Positions 56,258-64,000 of a DNA stretch of 64,000 bases are shown in pieces. The notes beneath the pieces are model-generated. The model made no database searches. It had not been told where the DNA came from and saw nothing but the letters and a program-made list of their open reading frames with translations. Made by a program: the position numbers and the translations under genes. The DNA comes from Chloroflexota bacterium (GTDB lineage: Bacteria > Chloroflexota > UBA6077 > FW602-bin22 > JAMCVK01). The number at the start of each line of letters is the position of its first letter. The stretch's first letter is position 1. The stretch covers positions 11,212 to 75,211 of the forward strand of contig JAMCVK010000035.1 of the NCBI GenBank assembly GCA_023475225.1, read 5' to 3'.

Positions 56258-57217
56258 TTATCTGATAAGGGCCAGACCGACCCCGATAGCCGCGGCGACA
56301 GCTCCCAGTAACCAGAAACGTTGAACAATCTGTGCTTCCCCCCAGCCACTTAATTCAAGATGATGATGAATAGGGCTCATCCTCAAAATACGCTTACCGC
56401 CAGTAGCCCTAAAATAAGCCACTTGCACGATCACTGAGACCAATTCGATGACAAAAAGGATTCCTATCACCGGCAGCAATAAGACCCAACCGGTCAACAG
56501 ACTGACCATGGCCAACCCAGCCCCTAGAGCAAGGGAACCAGCATCACCCATAAATACCTGCGCCGGGTAGACATTAAACCAGAGGAATCCTAAAGTAGCC
56601 CCTATGACCGAGGCACAGAGGGCAGCCAGGGCAACTTGCCCTTGAAGTAGAGCAATGATCAAGTAGGCACTGTAAGCGATGGCCACCGTGCCACCAGCTA
56701 GCCCATCAAGCCCATCGATCTCATTGACACCACTGGCTGTGCCAAAGATGGCCAGCGCAGCCAGGGGAACATACCACCAGCCGAGCGTAAGCGTACCTAA
56801 ACCAGGTAGGGATACACCCTGTTTCCCGAAAATGATATAAAGGACCACACTGACGACCAGGGCAATGACCATGTGCCAAAGGAACTTGTAGCGTACCGGT
56901 AAACCGAGCCCCTCGTAGCTGCGGAGGTTAGCGTAATCATCAATTGATCCTATAAGGCCGAAGGTTACCATAACTAATACGCTTAAGGCTACTTCCCAGT
57001 GGCGGATAAAGGTCATACTCAGGGCAGCAGAAGTGAGGATGATCAACCAACCACCCATAGTAGGGGTTCCTGCCTTAGTTATATGTGTGCTTGGGCCATC
57101 AAGGCGAATCTGTTTGCCAGCCTTGCGAGCACGCAGCAGCGCGATAAGGTGCGGACCCCAAGCGATAGCCAGAAGGAAAGAGGCCGGCAACATGACCAAA
57201 AGGAGGAGCGGTGTCAT
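56258..57217 (-). CDS. mraY: phospho-N-acetylmuramoyl-pentapeptide transferase
   Basis: Present are GTPTMGG, NEIDGLDGLA, and MGDAGSLALG. Confidence 0.9.
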   Translation of the reverse strand: MTPLLLLVMLPASFLLAIAWGPHLIALLRARKAGKQIRLDGPSTHITKAGTPTMGGWLIILTSAALSMTFIRHWEVALSVLVMVTFGLIGSIDDYANLRSYEGLGLPVRYKFLWHMVIALVVSVVLYIIFGKQGVSLPGLGTLTLGWWYVPLAALAIFGTASGVNEIDGLDGLAGGTVAIAYSAYLIIALLQGQVALAALCASVIGATLGFLWFNVYPAQVFMGDAGSLALGAGLAMVSLLTGWVLLLPVIGILFVIELVSVIVQVAYFRATGGKRILRMSPIHHHLELSGWGEAQIVQRFWLLGAVAAAIGVGLALIR

Positions 57218-58620
57218 GGCGGCCCCCCATACTGCAGGTTGAGATGGTCATCTTTCCGCTTGAACTTCGTCACTATCTCCTCCATGCGCATGCCCCGTGA
57301 GCCTTTGACGAGTACATGGTCACCTGCCCTTAAATCTAAAGACACATCTTGGTTCGATCGGTAAAACTGGACCGTGGCCAGTCCTTGAGACTTCGCCTCC
57401 TCACCTATCCAACGGGCTCGGTCCCCCACGACGATCAGCATATCAGCGACCTGAGCAGCTCGTCGCCCAACTAGACGATGCCCCTCTTCCTCATAATCGC
57501 CAAGCTCCAACATATCCCCGAGGATGGCGATTTTGCGCCCCCCCGTCTCAGCCAGGAGACCCAAAGCGGCCAGCGTAGAAGCTGGACTAGCATTGTACGT
57601 ATCATCGATGATCACTGAGCCATTTGTACCAGGGATGACCGTTAGACGAAGCGACACTGGCGTACTGGCAAGCGCTTGTAAAATTTCCGGCCAGGTTAAA
57701 CCTTCGATACGAGCTACGGCGATAGCTGCTAAACAGGTGTAGACGTTATGCCTTCCTATTAATGAAGTAGTAATCGCTATCCTCTCTGAGCCAAACGCCA
57801 GCCTAAAGTCAATACCATCTAAACCTCGACTGTTTAAGCTGGTGGCCCTAAAGTCACAATCATCATTTAAGCCAAAAAGGAACGGCTTGGCTGATGTGTA
57901 CCGGGCCATCTGACGAACTAAGGGATCGTCTCCATTCAAGATAGCGTAGCCGTCGGCTGGTAAGGCCGCTACCAGCTCAGCCTTAGCCTGAGCAACATGT
58001 TCAATTCTTCTCAGACGCTCCAAATGGGTAGGGCCCACGTTAGTGATGACCCCTATTCGTGGTCGTGCTAAGCGGCATAATAAGTCGATCTCTCCTACGG
58101 CGTACATGCCCATCTCCAACACTGCCTTCTTGTGTTCTGGACCAAGGCGCAATAGCGTGATCGGCAAGCCGATTTCATTGTTAAAGTTTTTCTCCGTTTT
58201 CAGGACAGTGAACCTTTGTTCAAGAACAGCCGCGATCATCTCTTTAGTTGTGGTCTTCCCCACACTACCGGTAACGGCTATGACCTCAACATCGTGCTTA
58301 CTACGCCAATAGCCAGATAGACGCTGCAAGGCAGCTAGAGTATCATCTACGATAATGTAAGCAAATGTTCTGTCTGGATAGTCCGCTATCTGCCCCCTTA
58401 TATCAATGAAGCGCTCGCTCAGGACCCCGGCCGCACCACGGTGATAGGCATCGATGATAAACTCATGTCCATCGCGTTCAGCGCGTAGAGCCACAAAGAG
58501 AGCACCAGGCGAAGCCAGGCGCGAATCATGGATGATGTCAGTGAAAGAGATGTTACTTCGCCACCCATAGGGGAGTGAGTACGAACCTACCCCTTCCAGA
58601 ACATCTGATAGCTGAAGCAC
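57214..58620 (-). CDS. murF: UDP-N-acetylmuramoyl-tripeptide--D-alanyl-D-alanine ligase
   Basis: Present are VTGSVGKTTTKEM and the MurF-diagnostic NFNNEIGLP. It overlaps mraY by 4 bp. Confidence 0.9.
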   Translation of the reverse strand: MLQLSDVLEGVGSYSLPYGWRSNISFTDIIHDSRLASPGALFVALRAERDGHEFIIDAYHRGAAGVLSERFIDIRGQIADYPDRTFAYIIVDDTLAALQRLSGYWRSKHDVEVIAVTGSVGKTTTKEMIAAVLEQRFTVLKTEKNFNNEIGLPITLLRLGPEHKKAVLEMGMYAVGEIDLLCRLARPRIGVITNVGPTHLERLRRIEHVAQAKAELVAALPADGYAILNGDDPLVRQMARYTSAKPFLFGLNDDCDFRATSLNSRGLDGIDFRLAFGSERIAITTSLIGRHNVYTCLAAIAVARIEGLTWPEILQALASTPVSLRLTVIPGTNGSVIIDDTYNASPASTLAALGLLAETGGRKIAILGDMLELGDYEEEGHRLVGRRAAQVADMLIVVGDRARWIGEEAKSQGLATVQFYRSNQDVSLDLRAGDHVLVKGSRGMRMEEIVTKFKRKDDHLNLQYGGPP

Positions 58621-58689
58621 CGTACTATATCACCCTCTGTAAACCACATTATACATTCTATACACTATCAATAATATCTCGCCTCAGGT

Positions 58690-60414
58690 TCAGCGCTCAG
58701 CAGTCTGAGTTTGGGTAGGAGGTATCTTCATATATACAAAGAGCTGCTGACTTATAGACCGAAAAACAGGTGCGGCGACAGTTTCACCCCAAGGTGTATC
58801 CTTAGGTGCCACGACCTTTACGACGATGACGAAACGGGGATCATCGGCTGGCCCGAATCCTATAAAGGAGGCGATAGTCTCGTCTGGGTTATAGCCTCTG
58901 GCTCCGGGAACCTGGGCTGTGCCAGTTTTACCCCCTGTACGATAGCCAGGGACACGAGCGAGCCGTACCTGTCCTCCTTCGGTGACCTCGACGACTGAAA
59001 CCAACATTTCCCTGAGGGCCTGCGCGGTTTCTGGGGAGATAACCTGTCTGACGACCGTGGGGTAATATTGACGGTGGCCACCAGGCCCGTTCACCTCCTT
59101 GACCACATAGGGCTTCATCAAGATGCCGCCGTTGACGACAGCACTCAGGGCGGTGGCCATTTGGAGGGGGGTAACAGATATACCTTGTCCGAAGGCGTTG
59201 GCGGCTAAGTCAAATGGGTGCCAATCCGGTTGAGTAGGAAATCTGACGATGCCCGGAGACTCTCCATCAAGCTCGATGCCAGTCGGCTGGCCTAACCCAA
59301 AAGCCTTTACATAATGATAGAATTTCTCCGCCCCTAACCGTGTGGCCACGTAGGCGGCCCCGATATTAGAGGAGCGTTGCAATACTTGGGTCATCGTTTC
59401 TGGACCCGGGGGACGATATGCTGCGTTACGCACGATACCCCCACCGTAGGCGAAGAAGCCCTGATTCATATAGGTGAAGTCAGGGGTAACGGCCTTAGCA
59501 TCAAGAGCCGCAGCCATAGTGACGACCTTAAAGATAGAGCCAGGTTCGTAGACATCACTTATGGCCGGGTTTTTGTACAGTGGCACTTTAGAGGGTTGGT
59601 AAAGAGCGGGGTCATTCAGATCGACGGTTGGCTGATTGGCGACCGCCAGAATCGCTCCCGTTGTCGGATCCATAACCAAAATAGTTCCTCCGGCCGCCTG
59701 ATGCTTTCGCACAGCTGCCTCTAATTCCCGCTCAGCCAGGTATTGAATATAGCGATCTATAGTCAAGGTGACATCCGCGCCATCGATGGGGGGCACATAT
59801 TGGCCCATGCTCAGGTAGATTTCATCACCGCTGGTGTCCCTCTCAGCCAGGGATGAGCCTGGCTGACCGGCCAGATCCTTATTGAATCTGGCCTCGATAC
59901 CTGACAGTCCTTGCCCATCAGCCCCGATGACTCCTATCAATTGAGCACACAGGCTTCCCTGGGGATAGACCCGCTTCTCCTCCATCTGCAAGATTAGCCC
60001 CCATACCCCTAATTTGTGCACCTTCTCAGCAACTTCGAAGGGTAGAAAGCGTTTAATCAGGACTGGGGATACCTGTTTAACAGCTAGCTTAGCTTTAATA
60101 TTATCTGGCGTATCACCCAGGATTGGGGCGAGAAGACCGGCTACCATATCTGGATGGCTGATTTGTCCTGTATCAGCATATAACGATTCGAAGGAGACAC
60201 TCTCAGCCAAAGCGCTGCTGCCGGAATCATAGATCGTACCGCGATGGGCGGGAATAGCCTTAGAGCGCCAGTGCTCTTTTGCCGCCAGGGAGCGATAGTA
60301 GTCATGCTGCACCAATTGAATGTAGAATAACCTGAAGACCAGAACGATGATGCAGCCGATGATGATGGCCATGAGGGTATAGAGACGCCAATGGCGATCC
60401 TCTAGCTCGGACAA
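58690..60414 (-). CDS. ftsI: class B penicillin-binding protein (FtsI-type transpeptidase)
   Basis: It has an N-terminal TM and the motifs SIFK (SxxK), SSN (SxN) and KTGT. Confidence 0.9.
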   Translation of the reverse strand: MSELEDRHWRLYTLMAIIIGCIIVLVFRLFYIQLVQHDYYRSLAAKEHWRSKAIPAHRGTIYDSGSSALAESVSFESLYADTGQISHPDMVAGLLAPILGDTPDNIKAKLAVKQVSPVLIKRFLPFEVAEKVHKLGVWGLILQMEEKRVYPQGSLCAQLIGVIGADGQGLSGIEARFNKDLAGQPGSSLAERDTSGDEIYLSMGQYVPPIDGADVTLTIDRYIQYLAERELEAAVRKHQAAGGTILVMDPTTGAILAVANQPTVDLNDPALYQPSKVPLYKNPAISDVYEPGSIFKVVTMAAALDAKAVTPDFTYMNQGFFAYGGGIVRNAAYRPPGPETMTQVLQRSSNIGAAYVATRLGAEKFYHYVKAFGLGQPTGIELDGESPGIVRFPTQPDWHPFDLAANAFGQGISVTPLQMATALSAVVNGGILMKPYVVKEVNGPGGHRQYYPTVVRQVISPETAQALREMLVSVVEVTEGGQVRLARVPGYRTGGKTGTAQVPGARGYNPDETIASFIGFGPADDPRFVIVVKVVAPKDTPWGETVAAPVFRSISQQLFVYMKIPPTQTQTAER

Positions 60415-60418
60415 CTTA

Positions 60419-60748
60419 CTACCTCATTGGTCTCAGCGGCACAAACAAAATCTCCTTGGGTGGCTGCATATGCAGTCTCAAACGGGCAGCTTGCTCAATG
60501 TGCTTAATCGATTGGAGCTCAGCAATTTGGAGGCGAAGCTGCTCGTTTTGGGCCAGCCACTGTTCCCTCTCTACTTCAAGCCGTTTAATATCGTAGCCGG
60601 TAGTGGCTATCCCGCTCGTTTGGGTAAGATAAAGCAGACCAATGAGTCCCCCCAGGACGAGGACGAGAACAAATAAAGATGGGCTAAGGAGACGGCCACG
60701 AGCGGATCTTCTAGCCATTGGTATGGAACGCAGGACAGTGGTAGTCAT
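60419..60748 (-). CDS. ftsL: FtsL-like cell division protein
   Basis: The 109-aa ORF has a basic N-terminus, a single TM, and a leucine-rich coiled coil (LEVEREQWLAQNEQLRLQIAELQ). It occupies the canonical slot between rsmH and ftsI. Confidence 0.65.
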   Translation of the reverse strand: MTTTVLRSIPMARRSARGRLLSPSLFVLVLVLGGLIGLLYLTQTSGIATTGYDIKRLEVEREQWLAQNEQLRLQIAELQSIKHIEQAARLRLHMQPPKEILFVPLRPMR

Positions 60749-60782
60749 CGTTTACCTCCTCCCCTCCACAGGAAGGGAATCC

Positions 60783-61733
60783 TTACCACCCAACCGACTC
60801 GTGGCGAAGAGCGCGGGCGACACGCATCCTTGCGCTCCTGCTTCGTCTATTCCTGGCCACTTCGGCTGGCGACGGTCTGACCGGCTTTTTGGTCGATAGT
60901 TCCAAGCTAGGCTTCCATCCACAAACGCAGATAGGCGAACTGGGCGGGCAGACGCAGCCCTTTGCTTTATTCGCCAAAAACTGTTTAACGATCCTATCCT
61001 CCAAAGAGTGGAAGGAGATGATGACCAGTCTGCCCTCGGGGGACAAAAGATTAACTGCCTCCTCTAGGGCCACTCTTAGGTTATCCAACTCATGATTGAC
61101 AGCGATGCGCAGTGCCTGAAACGTCTTCGTTGCTGGATGGATTCGCCCCTGTCTGCCTGGTAAGACGGTCTTAATGATATTGGCTAACTGCCGTGTCGTT
61201 CGTATTGGCTCTCGCTGCCGAGATTTGACAACGGCTTTGACAATCACCCTTGCTCTATGTTCCTCGCCAAAGCGGTAGAGCAGATCAGTCAGCTCATCCT
61301 CACCGAGCCGATTGACTATTTCAGCCGCTGTCACCCCTTGATTCTGGTCGAACCGCATATCTAAGGGAGCATCGACCTGAAAACTAAATCCACGTGCTGG
61401 ATCACCGAGTTGAAACGATGAAACTCCTAGATCGAAGAGTATGCCATTGGCTGGCTTAAAACCGTACTTCTCCGCCACATCCTTCAAGCGGATGAAATCC
61501 TCCCTGACCAGGGTAACTCTTGATCCAAAAGAGTCTAACCGTTCCCTGGCAAGGACGATGGCCATCGGATCGATATCTAAGCCTAAAAGAGTGCCATCAG
61601 GGCTGGATAGCTCTAGAATGCCGGCCGCATGCCCGCCTGATCCTACTGTGCAATCGATGTAACGCCCACCGGCTCGAGGCTCCAGCGCTTGAAGCACCTC
61701 GTCATAGAGCACCGGGATGTGAACAAAAGCCAT
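60783..61733 (-). CDS. rsmH: 16S rRNA (cytosine1402-N4)-methyltransferase
   Basis: Present are HIPVL, DCTVGSGGHA, FDLGVSS.QLD and ISFHSLEDR. Confidence 0.95.
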   Translation of the reverse strand: MAFVHIPVLYDEVLQALEPRAGGRYIDCTVGSGGHAAGILELSSPDGTLLGLDIDPMAIVLARERLDSFGSRVTLVREDFIRLKDVAEKYGFKPANGILFDLGVSSFQLGDPARGFSFQVDAPLDMRFDQNQGVTAAEIVNRLGEDELTDLLYRFGEEHRARVIVKAVVKSRQREPIRTTRQLANIIKTVLPGRQGRIHPATKTFQALRIAVNHELDNLRVALEEAVNLLSPEGRLVIISFHSLEDRIVKQFLANKAKGCVCPPSSPICVCGWKPSLELSTKKPVRPSPAEVARNRRSRSARMRVARALRHESVGW

Positions 61734-61768
61734 CGTCCCTTCTCAGATCCAAGGATCAACCTGGCCTG

Positions 61769-62200
61769 CTAGATTCCCAAGCTGGCCAGGTGCTCGGCGA
61801 TGAACCCGCCCTCTTCCTCCACTTTGATTCTCATCGTTCGCCAATTCTCCTTGTCCCATATTTCCAGGCGGGTATTGACACCGAGGATGACCACCGTATT
61901 TGTTATCCCGGCGTATTCACGTAGGTAAGCGGGAAGCATGATCCGTCCTTGGCCATCGATCTGGAGGTCAGCTGCCCCCGAGAACATCATCCGGGCAAAG
62001 ACGCGTGCCTCTGGATTGGTCAGGGGTAGACTTCCAATCTTCTCAGCCAGGGTCTCCCAATCCGACGCTGTATAGACGAACAAGCAGCGATCCAGACCGC
62101 GGGTGAGTACCAGACCACCAGCAAATTTGGCCCGAAACTTTGCCGGTATGGACAAGCGGCCTTTATCATCGACTGTGTGCTCGAACTCACCCATAAACAT
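61769..62200 (-). CDS. mraZ: division/cell wall cluster transcriptional regulator MraZ
   Basis: The two SpoVT/AbrB-like halves carry DDKGRLSIP and DGQGRIMLP. Confidence 0.95.
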   Translation of the reverse strand: MFMGEFEHTVDDKGRLSIPAKFRAKFAGGLVLTRGLDRCLFVYTASDWETLAEKIGSLPLTNPEARVFARMMFSGAADLQIDGQGRIMLPAYLREYAGITNTVVILGVNTRLEIWDKENWRTMRIKVEEEGGFIAEHLASLGI

Positions 62201-62257
62201 AGGCGAAGTCTTTGAAATGGGAGTCCGCCTCCTGTCAAGAAGATATCAAAGGGCGTT

Positions 62258-62379
62258 GAATATCTCCCCCAAACCCCCATAGGGGGTTCAAGGTAGTCCT
62301 TCCTGCGGAAGGACGGGCTTTTTGTATTCTGGGGCACATCCAAAAGACCCCTGCCAAAGGGGCTGCGCCCCGTTGTTCG
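62258..62379 (-). repeat. copy C (short form, inverted) of the modular intergenic repeat, inside the mraZ leader
   Basis: The reverse complement reads cgaacaacggggcgcagcccctttggcaggggtcttttggatgtgccccagaatacaaaaagcccgtccttccgcaggaaggactaccttgaaccccctatgggggtttgggggagatattc. This is collinear with the terminal modules of copy B. Confidence 0.75.
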
Positions 62380-62474
62380 ATGGTCTCTATCACTGGGAGC
62401 AGGTGAGTCCGTGGAGCATTAAGGGATGAAGGGCGATGTAACCCACTTCATCCCATCTTAGCCCACTATATAAC

Positions 62475-62502
62475 ATTCTACACCAGGATAGCGCATTGTC
62501 AA
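62475..62502 (-). promoter_or_regulatory. sigma70-type promoter candidate (TTGACA-16 nt-TAGAAT) for the dcw operon
   Basis: The minus strand reads TTGACA atgcgctatcctggtg TAGAAT. On the plus strand this is tgtcaa at 62497-62502 and attcta at 62475-62480. It lies about 275 nt upstream of the mraZ ATG. Confidence 0.45.
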
Positions 62503-62607
62503 GCACTTTTTTGGGGGAATTTTAAGGTGATTTTTGGGGAAACTGAAAAGGGGGCGATCCTTGTAGACAAAAGAGGTTCGCTTCGATATCTCAGCCAGCG
62601 CTGAACG

Positions 62608-63408
62608 TCAGATGGCGATGTCTCTACGATCGAAGGCCCACACTGAGACTAGAACGAGGAGGGTCGTCAGACCCAAAAGTAGTCCGAGGTGAGCCCAATT
62701 AAGCCCAACGGTCAAGATGCTGTAGCCATTATAGTAATAAAAGATTGACGCCCATCTGAATCGCTCGAGGAACTCAACCAAAACAGCCAGCGAGTTCAGA
62801 AAGTAGAACACTACAGTGAGCCCAGTGGCCATCAAAGCGGCGGACTTGCGGCTCGGGAGCAAACATGAGCCGAGGAGCGAGTAACCAGCGATGGTCAGGA
62901 TGAGTGGTATAGCCCCCACAGTAGCGGCCAGGACTCGGTCGTAGCCAATATTTACTCTCACTATAGCCAATGAAATTACAAAGCCGACGATGATGAGCAA
63001 GGCGATAAGCGCCACCGCCACAACAAGGGCAGCGAACTTCTCCAACACCGTTCTCCAGCGAGGGATGGGGTTGGACAATAGCAAGTCCAGCGTGCCACGG
63101 TCCTCCTCACCGGCTATGAAGCTAGTGCCCTCAATAATAACGAATACTGCTCCCAGGAGTGGCAAAAGGAGATTGAAAAACTCTACACTTAAGAACCCTT
63201 CGATGCTGGTTAGATTGGGAAGCTCCCCGATAAAGGCCTTGGCTAGTGCTGGATAGCTTTGCACCAGGGCATCGAGCTCAGGAAAGCGACTAATGGAGGG
63301 GAAAAGCGTAACACACCAAGCCGCGAAGAGGGCTAACCCACATCCGTAGCTAAGGATAGATCCTCGTTCATCGCGCAAGGTCTTAATGAAAAGGCTAGTT
63401 AACTTCAT
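62608..63408 (-). CDS. ABC-2 type transporter permease
   Basis: The 266-aa ORF has 6 hydrophobic helices and overlaps the upstream ATPase gene by 14 nt. Confidence 0.7.
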   Translation of the reverse strand: MKLTSLFIKTLRDERGSILSYGCGLALFAAWCVTLFPSISRFPELDALVQSYPALAKAFIGELPNLTSIEGFLSVEFFNLLLPLLGAVFVIIEGTSFIAGEEDRGTLDLLLSNPIPRWRTVLEKFAALVVAVALIALLIIVGFVISLAIVRVNIGYDRVLAATVGAIPLILTIAGYSLLGSCLLPSRKSAALMATGLTVVFYFLNSLAVLVEFLERFRWASIFYYYNGYSILTVGLNWAHLGLLLGLTTLLVLVSVWAFDRRDIAI

Positions 63409-64000
63409 TGTCCTCCTTGTAATAGGCCAGAAAGATGTCCTCCAGGGTGGCTTCGTGGTAGTACATGTTCACTACAGGGAAACGGGCAGCTGCCTTTATG
63501 ACACCATCAATATTACCGTGCACGAAGAAACGCAGGTGTTTGTCTTCCTGGACCACATTCGTTACCTCAGGGAGAGCGAACTCCTGAGGCGGCACAGGAT
63601 GGGCAAAGACAAGCTCCATCCGGCGCGGGGCTTTACGCTTCAGCTCCGCTACGCTTCCCATCACTACCAAGCGTCCCTCGCGAATCACAGCTACCCGGTC
63701 GCATATCCGCTCCACCTCTGGAAGGATATGGGAGGAGAAGAAGACGGTACGACCTTCGGCGCGCGTCTCTTCGAGGAGATTATAAAACTCCTGCTGGACC
63801 AATGGATCAAGACCTAGGGTTGGCTCATCCAAAATGAGCAGAGGGGGACGATGCATCAAGGCTTGAATGAGCCCCACCTTCTGCTTGGTACCGTGGGAGT
63901 AGTGTTTTATGGGCCGAGAGAGGTCCACATCCAGTCTTTGAGCCAGCTGCTGACGATAAGACTGGTCCCTCGTACCACGGAGGGAACCCAAGAATTCCAA
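63395..64000 (-). CDS. ABC transporter ATP-binding protein (5' end outside window)
   Basis: Present are the signature-like YSHGTKQKV, Walker B LLILDEPT and the H-loop SSHIL. The N-terminal Walker A lies beyond position 64000. Confidence 0.85.
   Translation of the reverse strand: MEFLGSLRGTRDQSYRQQLAQRLDVDLSRPIKHYSHGTKQKVGLIQALMHRPPLLILDEPTLGLDPLVQQEFYNLLEETRAEGRTVFFSSHILPEVERICDRVAVIREGRLVVMGSVAELKRKAPRRMELVFAHPVPPQEFALPEVTNVVQEDKHLRFFVHGNIDGVIKAAARFPVVNMYYHEATLEDIFLAYYKEDNEVN

Noticed and set aside
62505-62556. G-runs (ttggggg, ttgggga, aaggggg) upstream of the putative mraZ promoter were considered as possible MraZ boxes.
   Set aside because: Known MraZ operators are evenly spaced direct repeats. 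Here the spacing is irregular (about 23 and 14 nt) and the units lie upstream of the -35 element. The evidence is too weak to call.
1-64000. Search for tRNA, rRNA, tmRNA or RNase P-like genes, riboswitches, and transposase or integrase genes.
   Set aside because: Scanning the intergenic gaps by eye, I found no T-loop-like GGTTCGAAT-type motifs in a tRNA-sized context and no rRNA-like stretches. No ORF has DDE-transposase, tyrosine-recombinase or serine-recombinase motifs. A covariance-model scan (Infernal/Rfam, tRNAscan-SE) would be needed to exclude small RNAs formally.

Overview
This is a 64-kb, almost fully coding bacterial chromosome segment. Gene content and style suggest a Chloroflexota-like organism, but that is inference only. 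Most genes lie on the minus strand.

Main blocks, left to right:
- (1) An MFS transporter, a DUF951 protein and pyrF.
- (2) A visibly GC-richer block at about 2.9-12.3 kb. It encodes a Tat-dependent molybdopterin/FeS/NrfD respiratory-type oxidoreductase with a TorD-like chaperone. Directly upstream sit a PhnD-fold periplasmic binding lipoprotein, a HAMP-GAF histidine kinase and a NarL-type response regulator. I read this as a three-component oxyanion sensor coupled to a molybdoenzyme of unknown substrate, and it is my top candidate for something new.
- (3) murJ and recF.
- (4) An eight-gene, translationally coupled plus-strand glycan operon at 15.4-24.6 kb: three GT2 enzymes, one GT4 enzyme, a large GT-C-like membrane protein, a methyltransferase, a UPF0104 membrane protein and a sugar nucleotidyltransferase.
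- (5) A metallophosphoesterase gene bracketed by two copies of a modular, hairpin-packed intergenic repeat. A third, inverted copy sits in the mraZ leader.
- (6) A perfect consensus sigma70-type promoter followed by a GC-rich 4-kb RHS/YD-repeat ORF. This ORF has no credible start and stops inside the conserved RHS core motif, so it has no toxin tip and no immunity gene.
- (7) hemW, a polyprenyl synthase, dxs, darA, ccdA, a polysaccharide deacetylase, DUF167, yggT, yggS, pgeF, a B12-binding radical SAM protein, and dcd.
- (8) nrdR-nrdJ, with two textbook NrdR boxes embedded in the promoter.
- (9) A complete dcw cluster, mraZ-rsmH-ftsL-ftsI-murF-mraY-murD-ftsW-murG-murC-murB-ddl-ftsQ-sbp-ftsA-ftsZ. 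It lacks murE.
- (10) The start of an ABC-2 exporter.

I found no rRNA, tRNA, CRISPR array, transposase or integrase. All family assignments come from motif recognition by eye. No database search was run.
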